The notes under the pieces are model-generated. The model was not told where the DNA came from, ran no database searches, and saw only the letters and a program-made list of their open reading frames with translations. DNA of 64,000 bases, taken from the NCBI GenBank assembly GCA_030141605.1, contig JAQGDQ010002375.1, positions 124,001 through 188,000 on the forward strand, in the 5' to 3' direction. This DNA is from Tubiluchus corallicola. Its lineage: Eukaryota > Animalia > Priapulida. Positions 38,096 through 52,536 of this stretch are shown piece after piece (position 1 is the stretch's first letter; each line of letters begins with the position of its first letter). The position numbers and the translations under genes are program-made.

Positions 38096-38882
38096 TTGCA
38101 TTTCGTAATTATAAGAACTTCTAAGCTTTTGCGCATACGCGAGTTTGCAGATTACATTCGATCTTCGGTGATATTAACAGCTGCGCGCCCAAACTAATTA
38201 AAAATATGAAATCAGACGCATCTGGAACATAAAAATATCTTAAAGCGCCGACACGTAACCGACGTTTATCGTCCGAATTTTGTTGACCAATAAAATCATG
38301 TGTCACGGTAAACCAGCCAGTATCCCCAATGAAAATGTAGTGTTATACCTGTGACAAGGACATAAATTTCTGTTAGTAATTTTTGTGAGCTCATTAAAAT
38401 GGTTATCAACAGTGACCCTGCATGGAAAAATGAAACAAACAATTATTATCAATCATTTCCAAATTGTAATTGTGAAACCAAGAAATTGAAAAAGTTGAAA
38501 CAATGGCTTCAAGCACCATCTGTCACTAGTTTTAAATCGTGTTTCAGGAGTACCATAAGTCCATAACCGATTCTATTCTAGGGATCAATTCTAGGTCCCT
38601 GTGACTTTAAAAATGACTCTGATGTACGGTATACTTATACTTAAATTTTTTTGTTTCCGGGCGTTTTTCGTACTTGGTGTGAGTAGCTTTTAATATTTCT
38701 TTTTTTGTAGTTGCGTGTATTTACTAGAGTTAGTATTTTTTGCGTTTGGGTAGGTTTAGGGATTTGGCTTTTTAGTGTATTTCGTGGCAATTTTAGTTGA
38801 AATAAAAGGTGAATTGAACTGAATTCGATTGAATGGTAAGACTGTAAGGTTTTCAGGGAAGAAAGTCAGCTAATCAGGCGAG

Positions 38883-38918
<36 letters not shown>

Positions 38919-39943
38919 CGAAACACACAATAAAAAAGACAAGCCATCATATTCATACGTATTTAGACTGTAAAGAAGCCCTTTCTGTCTGAGACACTCA
39001 GTCAAGCTCCATCTGGAGAAGTAAACTAAAATTTTGTGAAAAATAATATCGACAAAAATTACATTTTCCCATGTCCACTACGCCTCTAAGAAATCGGAAA
39101 CAATCACATGTGTATAACATGATGCAAAACTTTCAATAACACCAGCACCACTTCCCGAATCCAACTTTTGTTGCACGGCCGCCTAGCTAGACACAAACTC
39201 CATTAGATAGTAGATACCTCTATCACTGGTTTACATTACCTCTTGCTGTATCCAGGCTGATTTAGCGTTATAAACACCGCTCAACTAGCTGACTCAGATA
39301 AGATCAAACCTGGCCAAGAAAATATTACAGACATTTGAACAGTAAACGGATAGTGATAGTTCCGCAGGCAAAATATTTATGCTATTAACATTAGCCATGG
39401 GGTTAGAAAGTCTGGCAAGAGCAGCAGCTGCTTCAGAAATGTTCCCAGGGAAAAACGGAAACTTGCCGCTCCTGTTTTTTATTACGGGAAGAGATGAAGT
39501 CTATACTGAAGTTCAACCATTGCTGTAAGATAGTGAAATGTATATATTTATCTCCTCTTTTGCAAATTAAACTAACCTGTGCTCTTTATTGTTCGGTTTT
39601 ACCTTTTGTATAGTCTAATATTATTTTATTTATTTTTACATAATATTACGTACATTTATTTGAAATAAATTTTCGAATAAATAAAGAAATGAATAAGTAC
39701 TCACTGCAACCTTTGAGTACTTTGTGATTGCAACATGTTAATAAATTCTACATGCTTAATTAATTGCTTATTATTGAAAATATGATGAAATTACCACGCA
39801 CAGAATATTCATACTCCACATAAAACTGTACTAACTGGTAAATAGTATTCAAGACTGGTTCAATGTTCTAAATGTTCCATTTCACCAGCATTTTCGTGTT
39901 GTTTGCACGGCCGCCTGAGACAGCTAGACACAGAAAATTTTAT

Positions 39944-40032
39944 TACTACTACGACTACGACGACTGCCACTGCTACTGCTACTGCTACTGCTACTGCTAC
40001 TGCTACTGCTACTGCTACTGCTACTGCTACTG

Positions 40033-40110
<78 letters not shown>
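39944..40110. repeat. (CTACTG)n/(CTA)n microsatellite
   Basis: Seen directly; source of the poly-Y/C and poly-T/A ORFs. Confidence 0.97.
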
Positions 40111-40111
<1 letters not shown>

Positions 40112-43100
40112 ATTTTCACTTTATAAAAGACCCAAACGCACAAAGTACATATTGTACAAAGGGGTAATTAACAAACACACGTTCAACGTTACTGCATTCA
40201 TTTGTTTTTGTTCTGAAGTGGAAAAAAGCAACTGCGGACTCTGATAGGTTGGTAGGTAATGGAATAAACACGAAAAATTACATTCTAGAAGTAATAATTA
40301 GCAATGGGAGTGTATTTTAACGAAACATGGCCATATCTTACACATCAGTATAAATAACAGATTATAAAATATATCGTCATTTCGTAATTCGTATTGATTT
40401 TGTTTTTGCACATAAGACGAACGCCCGCAGACGGACGCAATGAAATATTTACAATATTCGCGTTACACACATACTTTAAGCATTATATAAGTGCAACTGC
40501 TAGTCATGCTGCATAATTTATATATAACTTGGGGATTCCTCAGCTAAGTGTTGTCGGCTTCTTCTGCGTGACAAATGACTTCAGCTGAGGTGTACGCAGC
40601 TGTAGTTCAAGTACTTGGCTTCATCTACATTCTCAACACTCGCTTATGGCTAAAATTAAGTCTACCACGCGTGTTTAATTGACTGCACAAACACTTTTTA
40701 AAAGATCACTTTTTCCTTTAAGTCATTCACAAAAGCCACAGAAAATGCAGTTCTAAATTGCGAGTAAATCTAGACGTTATATACAGCACCATCACACATA
40801 CATACAATACTGAAACTTTCTCTCATCATTATGGGCTGCACAATGCAAAAAATGTTGACAAATAAATTTGTATATTTTCATTATGTACGCAATTTTCAAA
40901 AAACATGAGTTTGGGTTCTCCAAAGCTACTAACCTGACTGTAAAGTCTTTTTGTGTCAATATTAATTATTAGTAAACTAGACAATTAAAAACACGTGCAC
41001 AAAACGAATCAATGCTCGGCGTTCGAAAATACCGAATAATCGGGCGGACATTCATTCAGCCAAACAGTAACTATTTTTCGTGATTACCTACACGCAAAAC
41101 TATCCCAATTTCGCATCCTACGCGTCCCAGGACAATTTCTGTCAGCTTGCTAACAAACCAGAAACAGAACTTTAAATGTAATTCTGTCATTGTCATTACT
41201 AATCTTATCAAATCACTTCGAACGACCTACAAATGACACTTTACAAATGACGAATTAGCGTTAATAACGTTACATTCTTTCTACAACGAAGAATTCGTTG
41301 TTCAAATTACGCCAACCCAGTAATACACGCGCAAAAATATGTGCGTTTCTGCAATTAACGATAATAATAGAGCAATAATTCTCGTTTGGCTTCCAGAGTT
41401 GCCGCTCAATAATTTACTGCTCAGGAGATGAACAGACGTGGTACGAGGAAATCAGAAAATGTATGTGGTTGCTTAATCCATCAGTGTATACACTGTCCAA
41501 GGCTGATTGATAACACATTAAAACTGTTGCCACACATTAATCACAGCCATACTGATAACAGTGCACACAACCAAAGCCAGAATTGTTGTAAAAACTAAAA
41601 TTACCAAATTACGAAGTAAAAAATGACTGTAGGTCATCCGCCAAAAAACAATAATAAAAAGTTAAAATAATTTTTTTACCATTTTTATTGATATTTTTGT
41701 TAATTTTATTACCATCATTACTTCATACTTTGCATGTTTATACTCAGCATAAACTTATCGCTTTAATTCTGTTTATACACGTATATGCATATTTTGGCTA
41801 TGTATCACTATAGTACTATGTAATTCTTTTCCTTTGACCTCCATCATGATAGGGGTTTATCACGTTAGCTTGTCTCCATTTTGTGTATTTCTGAGGGGTC
41901 ATGATTCGCAAACCAAAACACGTGTTTTTAAGGTATCCATAAACAGGGCAATTTTATTAAAATTGTATAAACAATTCAATTCAATTTCAATTCTATTTCA
42001 GACATTAGTTGCACACAATAAATGATAAAAGATAAATAAGAGTTAGTAGATAAAGCTCATTAATAAATTAAAAAAAAATATGTACAAAGGTGAAGCTAAC
42101 ACATAGTACATAGCACATTTAAGTACGTAGAGTTCTGATATACAAGAAATGTACATATAATATGTCACTCTATCTACTGTAAGGTTTAGAAGTACGCTAT
42201 ATATCAGACAACCTGAAACATCTCTGATAGGTATTATCGCACATTTCAAGGCGCGATTTTAAGAAAAATGGACATTTCCTTAGCAGCACACGATAAGTTG
42301 ATCACGATCTCCAAACAAACCGAGGACTTCAGAAAAATGCAGTGACTCTACAAACTCGTATCCTTCGAATTCATACAATAAAATAACGCCATTTTTAAAA
42401 TATTTTAAATGCAGTAAGCCAATACCACTTCTGAATTAAGCCACAGAGAATTCAACAACTTCGAAGTGAACAGCATCGTTTCCTACTGTCAACATTTAGA
42501 AGTTTAGGACATTATTTACGCGCTCGATGTCGTAAATAAACTTTGTTTTGTTTACTAATCGGCGTAAAACAAGCGTGTAACGCCTGACGCCACTACGTGG
42601 GGGCGCTTACTGCGTATTTTCTTTCACAAAGTAGTTTATTTGCGTTCAAAGCAGTTAGCTAAACGTAATGCGCTTAGCAAGGAAAATTGCTGGCATATGT
42701 CTGACGCAGAGGACGTAGCTACACCATGGTTTGATAAGCCTACAACTTGGTTAAAATTAAACATCCTAATGTTAAATGTTAAAGACCAGATTTTTCTTAA
42801 GTTCATAAACTCACGTTTTGCCTACGGAAGCACTTCATCTACCGTGCAAAATGCACCAAATTTATAAGAACATACAAAAGAAATATTACTCATCTGTTCT
42901 CCACTGAATACACACGTCTATAAATTCCGGTTGTGCCCACTTGAAAGCACAACGTTTTATGATGATTACAGTCAATAATCCCTGTAAGCAGACTGACTGC
43001 AGTCAATGCGGATTAAACTTTAATCGCCATGAAGGCAAAACACATTCAAACAGAAACTGGTAGAGACGCGAGAAACTAAAAGAGGGGAGAGAGGAACCAA

Positions 43101-46100
43101 GGAATATTTAAAAGTATTATCACATAGCCCACCAATACTAATACAGGTAGCTAAATCCATTGAAAAAAGGATAAGCATAAACTACCCTCTAACATACAAA
43201 AGGAATTAACTCCAACTCAACCTAACTCATTTTCATTTATAAAAGTGATGTACTACAGTGTAACAATAAAAGCAAACTTGTATACATTTTGAAGAGAATT
43301 TTTGGTTCTTAAATGCTGCACGTTTTAGAGGCGTTTTATAGATTATAAATAGACGTGTTAGAAATAGATTTTAGGGTGTAAGCGCATTAGTGGTACAATT
43401 TAACTGCTTCCGTTCAAGAAACATAAAATAGTTTTATTGCACGTACACAAACACGTGATTAAGACGCAGTTCATGAAAAATAATCTGTGCCAATCAATTA
43501 CGTCATAAAAAACAGAAGAAAGATAACTAAACTTAAGTTACTTATAAATGATTTTTTTACATATTTTTTAAGATGACGTTTCAACTGCTCTCTAGCAAAT
43601 GTCGTTTCACTCAGGGTGAGGATTAGGGTTAGGGTTATTCCTTTTTTACTGAGACTTTTTCCTGTGATTTTTTTTTACATGTGACTTAAGTTACCTGAAT
43701 TCTAAGAAAGAATTTAACACGTGCTGTATTTGACATCCACACAAAGCCTATAGAAGTGACTCGCATCATATGCTTGTAAAAATTTCATCACATGTAGATG
43801 TTAAGAACAACAAGAAAGATATTTTTCACTAGAAAGGAAAAAAATCTTATGACGAATAACCAGGACTTTTGATATATTAAATAAAATGCAGTTGGACGAT
43901 TTATAACATACAACATGACGCGTTATAAAATTTCGTATCAGCGCGAACGCAAAAACTGCGCAACAATCGTTAATAAAACATTATTATGGACTTTCGTGGT
44001 TTCATCGAAATTTTATGACAGGAGGAAGGAGAGAGGTTATTGTTGAGAGGATTTTCAAAGTGCTTCAGCAAATAATTAACGTGGAACAAAATCTAGTCTG
44101 CGTATGTGCCTATCTATACTCTGTACAGAGTATCTAATGTTTACAACTGTTAAACTTAAGGCAAACAAACACTGACAAGACGATACAGTGAGTAAACACG
44201 CCCTGTCAGCATTAATTAGATACAGAAGCTCACAGTTACCAATTGCTGTAAAATCTGCTGCTGTGACTTCCCTTCGCAAACAGAGAACTCGAGAACACAT
44301 GGTGCAGCTTAGCCAGAAATGGTGATGACGATGACGACGACAATGACGATGGTAACGACGATGGTAATGCCGATTATAACGAAGAAGACCGAGATTTTGA
44401 CGATAATTATGATTTCTTTTACCATGATAATTATGGTAATGATTACAATGACGATCACAATGATGATGCTGATAAAGTATAATCATCTTTAATACGTTAC
44501 AAAACGTTACATTAATTTGCGGCCTATGTTTTGCAAGTAATGTTACAAATCTGCTATAGAATTTCGCGAATAAAACGTATTCGCTACTATCCGCACAAAA
44601 CAAAACCCCAAAGCGAGAATAAATATTTTTCCAGGTTTTCGCAGCCTCGCCGGTATTATGTGCGAAGTGTTTGCTGACTGCAACGAGTTCGTATAGAGTT
44701 TTAATTCACATGGAAAGTAAAAACAAACGTCTCCACTTGCCAATGACCTTACATTCTTTTGGCTTAAAGGACTCCCACGGGTTTCAATGATTGTTCAAGT
44801 ACCCCAGCAGCGTGTTTTATAAAATTGATGTTTACAGTTTGGCTAAACAGTTCGTAATAATTGATGACACAAACAAGCAATATCAATACTGTAAAAATAA
44901 TATTAGCTACATTACATTATTGATGTACAATTGTAGTCGACTTATGACGCTCACTGATGCAGTGATTACGTGCTGATGTACTAAAGTAACGTTAGTTTCA
45001 TACATGGCACATCACGACGTTCACTGAGGCATTAAAGTAACATTATTGTATTGCTGTAGAAAATCACGTTGTACATTATAGCAATAATAATCTACTGGTG
45101 CACTAGACTAACATTACTGTATTGTTGTAGAATCAGCACAAAATTGTTGTTCAAAATAGTATTGCTACTTTTCACTGCATCGATAATGTTAAATTGGCAT
45201 ACCTTTTTTTTCTAAGACTAGCTGATAAGAATTTAAAGTTCATCTCAATTAGAAATGAGTAGTAAATCGTAAACGCAGACTATGAACAAATTTGCAAGAG
45301 GAAAATTTTTGAATACTCACAGTTTTGTACCTTTAGCGTGGGAATAATTACTACAGGCTCAGCCAAGGAGACAGTTTTCTCAGTGATCAAATCAATAAGA
45401 AATCTTACTCAAATTTCCCATAACGGAAAACACACAAATTCTAATGCACGCGCGTTTTCTCAATAAATATCATCGCAAATTGAAATTCCGCGTTTTACTT
45501 CCAACATTTCATTGGCTTTCACGGAAAGCCTATTACCAGGCAGTACGTTTTTGTTCGAAACCTCCTTTCGCATTAAACCGTCATATCATCTAATTCTGAC
45601 GTTATTTCAGGCGCACAAAAGCCAGTTTTCAGACGAAATCTGACAGCTCATTCAAGACGCGGCGGTATTTTCATTTCATACAAGAGAATATTTCCGCGGA
45701 TTTCTTACGCGATTATACAAGACACTGGATTCAGACAATAGAAAACCGATGACATTACACAGACAAATACAGCGGTAAATACGAAACGAACACGAAACTG
45801 GACGGCTAAAACAAAAACATGTGATCGAAATTCGATAATGGATCTATAATAAGTCATTTTACCTTTGAAAATCAAAGCAAGCGTATACCAGGGGACACAG
45901 ACAAGTTGCTGACATACATGCGATCCAATATGCGTACCTACACAATCACTGCGATTTCAAATTTCAGCAACACGCTTTATAACACGGCGCAATTGCTGAT
46001 TTTATTTATTTCTAAATGCCACGTGCACTTAATCATGCCATCAAAGAACAGACTGCACGGTACCAATAACCAATCACTGTCAATAAACACCTGCGTAGTG

Positions 46101-46544
46101 AGGGAATATGTCTGTCTGCTGTCTACCATACAGCTGACTGATTGGCAGCACAAACACACAACAGCTGCAGATTACAGCCACTCATTGCAACTCAAATTAG
46201 AAAGGGTTAAACCTGATCAGAATACATGTAGACGTGAACACGGCACCATATGACGGCTAACAGTAGCCACAAGTATTCAAAAGAATTCTTCCCCAATAAT
46301 ACCAGTTCTCAGGGAAAGAACCTGTACTTACACAACGAGCTAAAAACTTCTTTTGTGTATTTCACCCACAAGTATGTACACAGAACAAATGCCAAGTATG
46401 AGATTAACCTTGATAAAGAATAAGACCTCACTCACAGATAATCACCGCTAAGAAGCTGCGATTAAAGTAGAAGAGAAAGAGAATTCTAAAGTATGCCTCA
46501 AAAAACTTTCAATACAAAGTTATATTACTTTGCATTATGCTTAC

Positions 46545-46800
46545 CTGTTGAAAGGCATGTGTAACTGAAAATTAAATTTCTTATTCAGTGCTCAAGAATG
46601 TTAACCAGTGATCAAAAAACGTCACTGATTCACACATTATTACTCTTGCTGACAAGATTAAATAATTTATGCTTTTGTCTAGTTAATTAGGCGCGCGCTG
46701 CGAATGCCCTTATTACTTTTCGAAACTTTAAGCAATGTTATTTAAATTTATTTCAAACGACTTACCGCCAAAATGGCTGTGTCTAACGATCATCGCGGGA
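46545..46800 (-). promoter_or_regulatory. Putative promoter-proximal non-coding exons of NDST (first exon ending 46766; second 46545-46678)
   Basis: On minus strand CAGCCATTTTGGCG|GTAAGT is a YY1-like motif directly followed by a consensus donor. An 87-nt intron ends at CTAATTAACTAG, and the next donor is CAG|GTAAGC at 46544. Linkage to NDST is inferred. Confidence 0.4.
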
Positions 46801-47286
46801 GTTTAAATTTACAAGTTTTACAGCGTTGCTGCCAATACAAGCTCTGAGCGCAATAAGGCAGTACGCACGTGATGCCAGAATTTCAAGACAGTTTTTAGCT
46901 TTATGTGATAATAGTGTTTTTCTTGTACTTTAAGCAGTCAACGGCACAACTTCACTTATTTGACTGATGAAAATCGCGTAAATCTAATACATGAATAAAA
47001 CGTTGAATACTCTTTATAGGTTTCACAGTAGATTATTTATTTGTATAGATCACCAGGGGCAGTGTAACCATACCACTTAAAATGTGAGAGAGCTCTGGTG
47101 AGACTTGTCATCTTTAGCATGAAATGAATAAATAAAATGCTGAATGCCGTTTTATGGTCTCAAAATAAATTATTTATTTTTTCAGAAGACTATAAAGGGC
47201 ATTCAAGGTTTTAATGATGCTAAAGATGACTAGTCTCAAGACAACTTTATTGTGTGTTACTGTATGCTTCGCTCTTTCTCTCTCTG

Positions 47287-47319
<33 letters not shown>

Positions 47320-47509
47320 CTCTCCCTCTCTCTTTCTTATTTTAAATCTGAACAGTTCCGTTTTAACGAATTAAACCGACATTGATAGATGTTTAACTTC
47401 TCAGGTTCAGTTCTCAAAAAGAATATCTGAATAGAATAACACATATGTATAATATAAATCCACGCTAGTAATAGCAAAAAAACTAAGGCAAAGTTTATTA
47501 TACTACCAT

Positions 47510-47881
47510 CAGGGCCGGACTATGACCTTTTAGGGCCCCTAGCTAATAAAATTAAGGGACCCGTCAGGCGGAGCCACTCTCCGACTCGCCTGCACCGGTC
47601 TTAAATTTTTTTACTCATGATATATTTTAGCGACAATTATATAGACGGAAGTAAACTTATTGCAACTTCTTTAAATAAACTAAAATGGCTATCTACTGTT
47701 TGTCAATAAAAATATTCTTTAAGAAATACAAATATTTTACTATTTATTGAACACCAAATTAGCACATATTTCAATGCAGCCATAGTGAAAAAATTTTTCC
47801 CAAGTGTTACCTAAGCCTGAGGCCCTTCAAGCTTGAGGTGCTCTAGGAAGGAATACTAGCCTATAAGACAACTCGGCTCTG
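47510..47881 (+). mobile_element. hAT-type MITE with 8-bp TSD
   Basis: Ends CAGGGCCGG / TCGGCTCTG; perfect TSD ACTACCAT at 47502-47509 and 47882-47889. Confidence 0.88.
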
Positions 47882-48338
47882 ACTACCATTGGAATAGCGT
47901 AACTTCGAAAAGCTATGACGTCCATAATTTGAATAAGCATTCAGAATTCAAAAAGACAAAGACCCGAATCCACGATCTAGAATCTAAATTCACTATAATC
48001 TATAACAAAAGAAACTGTGAATCTTGGCAAATAAATTGCTAAACGCTGCATAAAAACGATTAATGAAAACAGCAAAATTTTTCAAACTTTAACGTGCAGC
48101 AACATAGTTAAATACTAGCCAAACCAATTAATAATTAAGCGAGTAAATCTTCATATTTCAAGTTCAGCATCCACTAATTAATGCAAGTTCTGCACTAATT
48201 AAATGTCAGTCGCTAATTAATGTTGAATTTTAAATTACCGATTTTTCACTGTCACCGTGATAATAAATGCCAATTTACCCAAAGCTGCATTTAAATTGGA
48301 TTATGATTAACAAAAGATGGCTTCTTAGGTCCAGGCAA

Positions 48339-48642
48339 GTTATATGTAAGTAAAGAGATCAAGATCTGGACGAGCAAATTCCGCTCTCGGGGGCTGCAGT
48401 GAAGGCATCAACAGATTAAATTGGTTTATTAAAAGTTGAAAATTAGTAAGACCCAAGATATATGTATAATAGTGATATAGGTAGTTATATGTAAGTAAAT
48501 GGATCAAGATTACAATAATTTTTTTTTTCAGTTAACGATTTCGGGTGCTGCAGTGAAGGCATCAAGATATCAACAGACTAAATTGGTTTATTAAAAGTTG
48601 AAAATCAGTAAGACCGAAGATATATGTATAATAGTGAGATAG
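48339..48642. repeat. Local tandem duplication (~145-160 bp x2)
   Basis: AGTTATATGTAAGTAAA...GCTGCAGTGAAGGCATCAA...TAAATTGGTTTATTAAAAGTTGAAAAT...AAGATATATGTATAATAGTGA occurs twice. Confidence 0.9.
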
Positions 48643-48745
48643 CATAGTTACTGTTTGAGTTGTTTTTCGTTGTTTGGGTGCTAACAAAGTGAAGGCTTGT
48701 AAAATCGCGCTTATTTTCAGGGTTTGTTGTCAATGCTGATCACAC

Positions 48746-50169
48746 AGCAAATCGCTTAAAGGCAGATCTTAGAATAATTGAAAACTGGGCCAAACGTTGG
48801 TTGGTTAAATTTAATCTTAATAAGACCGAAGTCATGCTTTTCTCCCGTAAATCCAATGCTCCTCAATATCCTACTCTATATTTATCTAATACTCACTGAA
48901 AACTGTAAATGTTCACAAACATTTAGGTATCCATCTTACATCTGACCTGAATTGGAACTATCACGTCTCAAAAATGGTAGACAAAGCATTTTTAAAGCTA
49001 AACAACTTTCGACGCGTGTCAGTTAATATGCCCAGAGCTACGCGTGAACGATTATTCATTACGACTATTCTCCCTGCCATCGAATATGGTAACGTAGTAT
49101 GGTCAGGATGCAGTGAAAACAGTATACGTTTGTTAGAAAATATTCAGCTAACTGCTGCTAGAATCTGTTCTGGCGATATGTTTCGATCTTCCCCTGCAAG
49201 TATCTTGTCTGATAGCGGCTACACTAAATTAGTGACACGCTTCCATTATCATCGCCTATGTCCTTTTTTCAAAATAATCAATGACTTACTTAGTGCCCCA
49301 CTATTTAAGTGCAATTCTGCCGCCAAAGGTAAACGAAGTTACCCCCTATTATATACGCAGTGGTACTAAATACAGAAATTTTAATTGCCGTTCTGTTAGC
49401 TGTGAAAAATCGTTTTTCATATCGACCATTAACATGTGGAACAACTTACCACAGAACATTCGTGAAATTACATCCATTTCACAGTTCAAACAAGAGCTCA
49501 AATCTCATTTAAGTTTTTCGTTGCGTAAGAAACATTTTTCATTTGGTAAAGCTCCAATATCAGTGCATCATACGCGCATGAGAATCGGATTTTCTCAGCT
49601 AAACTATGACCTTTTCTCTAAAGGCTGTAAAGATAATAACGGTAATCCAATATTGCCGAATTGTAACTGTGGATTTCGATTTGAGTCTGTTGAACACTTT
49701 TTGTTGCCCTGCCCATTGCATCAACTAGCTATGGTAGTTATGTTTGATAAATTTAATGCAATACTTCTGCCCGAAAGCCTTAATATAGCTGCCTTAGGAA
49801 AAATGATCTGTTGAAGTTGTTATTATTCGGAAAAGACGAATTTAACTATGTTACTAACTGTAAAATATTCCAATGTATACATGACTTTATATTACGTACT
49901 AAACGCTTCCAGTAGTTTCTAACTCATATAAAATGCATCGTTCTTAAATAATCGTACATTAATATTTACTAACCGTCATTTTCTACTAATGTCTAATGTA
50001 TCACTGTAGTAAAACTTTAGTATACTAAAGCATACTAAAAACTAAGTATAGTCTATTCTTACTGTAAATGTTCTTGTAAACAATGTATAAAGTCTGTTGT
50101 GGTGAGGATCCTAAATCATGTTGTACAAACTGTCTGATCCAATCCTAAATAAATTATGTTTAAACTAAC
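48746..50169 (+). mobile_element. 5'-truncated non-LTR retrotransposon (CR1/L2-group LINE): ORF2 C-terminal half with frameshifts, plus 3' UTR
   Basis: Translates as DLRIIENWAKRWLVKFNLNKT, HKHLGIHLTSDLNWNYHV, ILPAIEYGNVVW, SFFISTINMWNNLP, RMRIGFSQLN and a CCHC finger CNCG..ESVEHFLLPC. AATAAA near 50148. Direct repeat GCTGATCACAC on both flanks. Confidence 0.92.
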
Positions 50170-51139
50170 GCTGATCACACTGGTTGGTCCACATAACAGA
50201 TGCGTGAATCAGAAACCACTATTCTCATGATTCTTTTGCTTTGTGCAGAATTTTTTTTAGGTAATTTGTTGTCAAAGACAGTACAGCTAGAAGGAGGGCA
50301 CTCAATAGAGGTGCAGACCGACGGATTCACGCACGGTCACCATTGGGAAAATTTATTATTTCGATACTTTTGATATTGCGGCCTTGACCTTTGACCTTTA
50401 CAACAAAATGTAAGGATTTACGGGTCCTTTCTTCTGCGATATTTGAACCTGTACAATGGGAGAGGGGAAAATCACTTAATAAGTAGTAAAACTGTAATTT
50501 AAACCAATAAAGTCGTGTTTAAATTAAAAAGATGAATATCAAAAGCATTGCTCGATTTGTCACATTCAAACGCCCCCCTCAGACCAACTCTCCCTGCATG
50601 GCTAAATGCACTCTTGATCGTTTCAGTGTGCTATTATTGAACTAGTGACATCAGGTCAAGGAACTTAACTTCATTACATGTAGAAAAGCACACATCAAAC
50701 CAGCTGCCTATTTAGCTTAGCTGTTTTTACGCATTTGTGTTTAGATAAACTGCCCTTCAGAACTTTCCTCCCCGCACATGATCAAAACTGCGTACAAATT
50801 AGATTTCCGCGCTTCTCTGAGAGACGTTTCGCAGAAACCGCTGAAAACGATTCGACCGGGATTTAGTCGAGCCACAAAAATCCACTTTTATGCCGAAACT
50901 TCACTGTTCATCAAATGAATCATCTGGGATGCGCTAACGGAGAGAAATATGATGTGCGCTGCGTGGAATATATTCGCCATAATTTACACTTAAAAGCACT
51001 TAGCATCTCTATAGTAGCTGTATAAACTTTGGTTTATATAGATTACAAACGGCGGCTGCACGCTACAATGTTACTGCATTATATAATCAATATCATAATA
51101 GCATACTGGAATTTGCATCCTCGTGTCTGTCTGTCTGTA

Positions 51140-52536
51140 TGTCCGCAATATCAGTCAAAGATATACTGTGTGTCCGCAATAGCAGTCAAAGATACTGTGT
51201 GCCCGCAGTATCAGTCAAAGGTACTGTGTGCCTGCAGTATCAGTCAAAGGTACTGTGTGCCCGCAGTATCAGTCAAAGATACTGTGTGTCCGCAATAGCA
51301 GTCAAAGGTACTATGTGCCTGCAGTATCAGTCAAAGGTACTGTGTGCCCGCAATATCAGTCAAAGGTACTGTGTGCCTGCAGTATCAGTCAAAGGTACTG
51401 TGTGCCTGCAGTATCAGTCAAAGGTACTGTGTGTCCGCAATAGCAGTCAAAGGTACTATGTGCCTGCAGTATCAGTCAAAGGTACTGTGTGTCCGCAATA
51501 TCAATCAGAGGTACTGTGTGCCTGCAGTATCAGTCAAAGGTACTGTGTGCCTGCAGTATCAGTCAAAGGTACTGTGTGCCCGCAGTATCAGTCAAAGGTA
51601 CTGTGTGTCCGCAGTATCAGTCAAAGGTACTGTGTGCCTGCAGTATCAGTCAAAGGTACTGTGTGTCCGCAGTATCAGTCAAAGATACTGTGTGTCCGCA
51701 ATAGCAGTCAAAGGTACTGTGTGTCCGCAATATCAGTCAATGATAATGCAAGTCATGTCCGCAGTATCAGTCAAAGGTACTGTGTGCCTGCAGTATCAGT
51801 CAAAGGTACTGTGTGCCCGCAGTATCAGTCAAAGGTACTGTGTGCCTGCAGTATCAGTCAAAGGTACTGTGTGTCCGCAATAGCAGTCAAAGGTACTATG
51901 TGCCTGCAGTATCAGTCAAAGGTACTGTGTGTCCGCAATATCAATCAGAGGTACTGTGTGCCTGCAGTATCAGTCAAAGGTACTGTGTGTCCGCAATATC
52001 AATCAGAGGTACTGTGTGCCTGCAGTATCAGTCAAAGGTACTGTGTGCCTGCAGTATCAGTCAAAGGTACTGTGTGCCTGCAGTATCAGTCAAAGGTACT
52101 GTGTGCCTGCAGTATCAGTCAAAGGTACTGTGTGTCCGCAATAGCAGTCAAAGGCACTATGTGCCTGCAGTATCAGTCAAAGGTACTGTGTGTCCGCAAT
52201 ATCAATCAGAGGTACTGTGTGCCTGCAGTATCAGTCAAAGGTACTGTGTGCCTGCAGTATCAGTCAAAGGTACTGTGTGTCCGCAATATCAATCAGAGGT
52301 ACTGTGTGCCTGCAGTATCAGTCAAAGGTACTGTGTGTCCGCAATAGCAGTCAAAGATACTGTGTGTCCGCAATAGCAGTCAAAGGTACTGTATGTCATG
52401 TCCGCAGTATCAGTCAAAGGTACTGTGTGCCTGCAGTATCAGTCAAAGGTACTGTGTGCCCGCAGTATCAGTCAAAGATACTGTGTGCCCGCAGTATCAG
52501 TCAAAGATACTGTGTGCCCGCAGTATCAGTCAAAGG
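51140..52536. repeat. Minisatellite of 29/31-bp units (GCAGTATCAGTCAAAGGTACTGTGTGCCT and variants), roughly 45 copies
   Basis: Seen directly; variant units (CAATAGCAG, CAATATCAATCAGAG) recur in patterns. Confidence 0.97.

Noticed and set aside
39872-40244. Poly-Tyr/Cys and poly-Thr/Ala ORFs
   Set aside because: Microsatellite artefacts.
44076-44603. 175-aa His/Arg-rich ORF
   Set aside because: Built on a degenerate (GAT/GAC)n tract with a non-ATG start.
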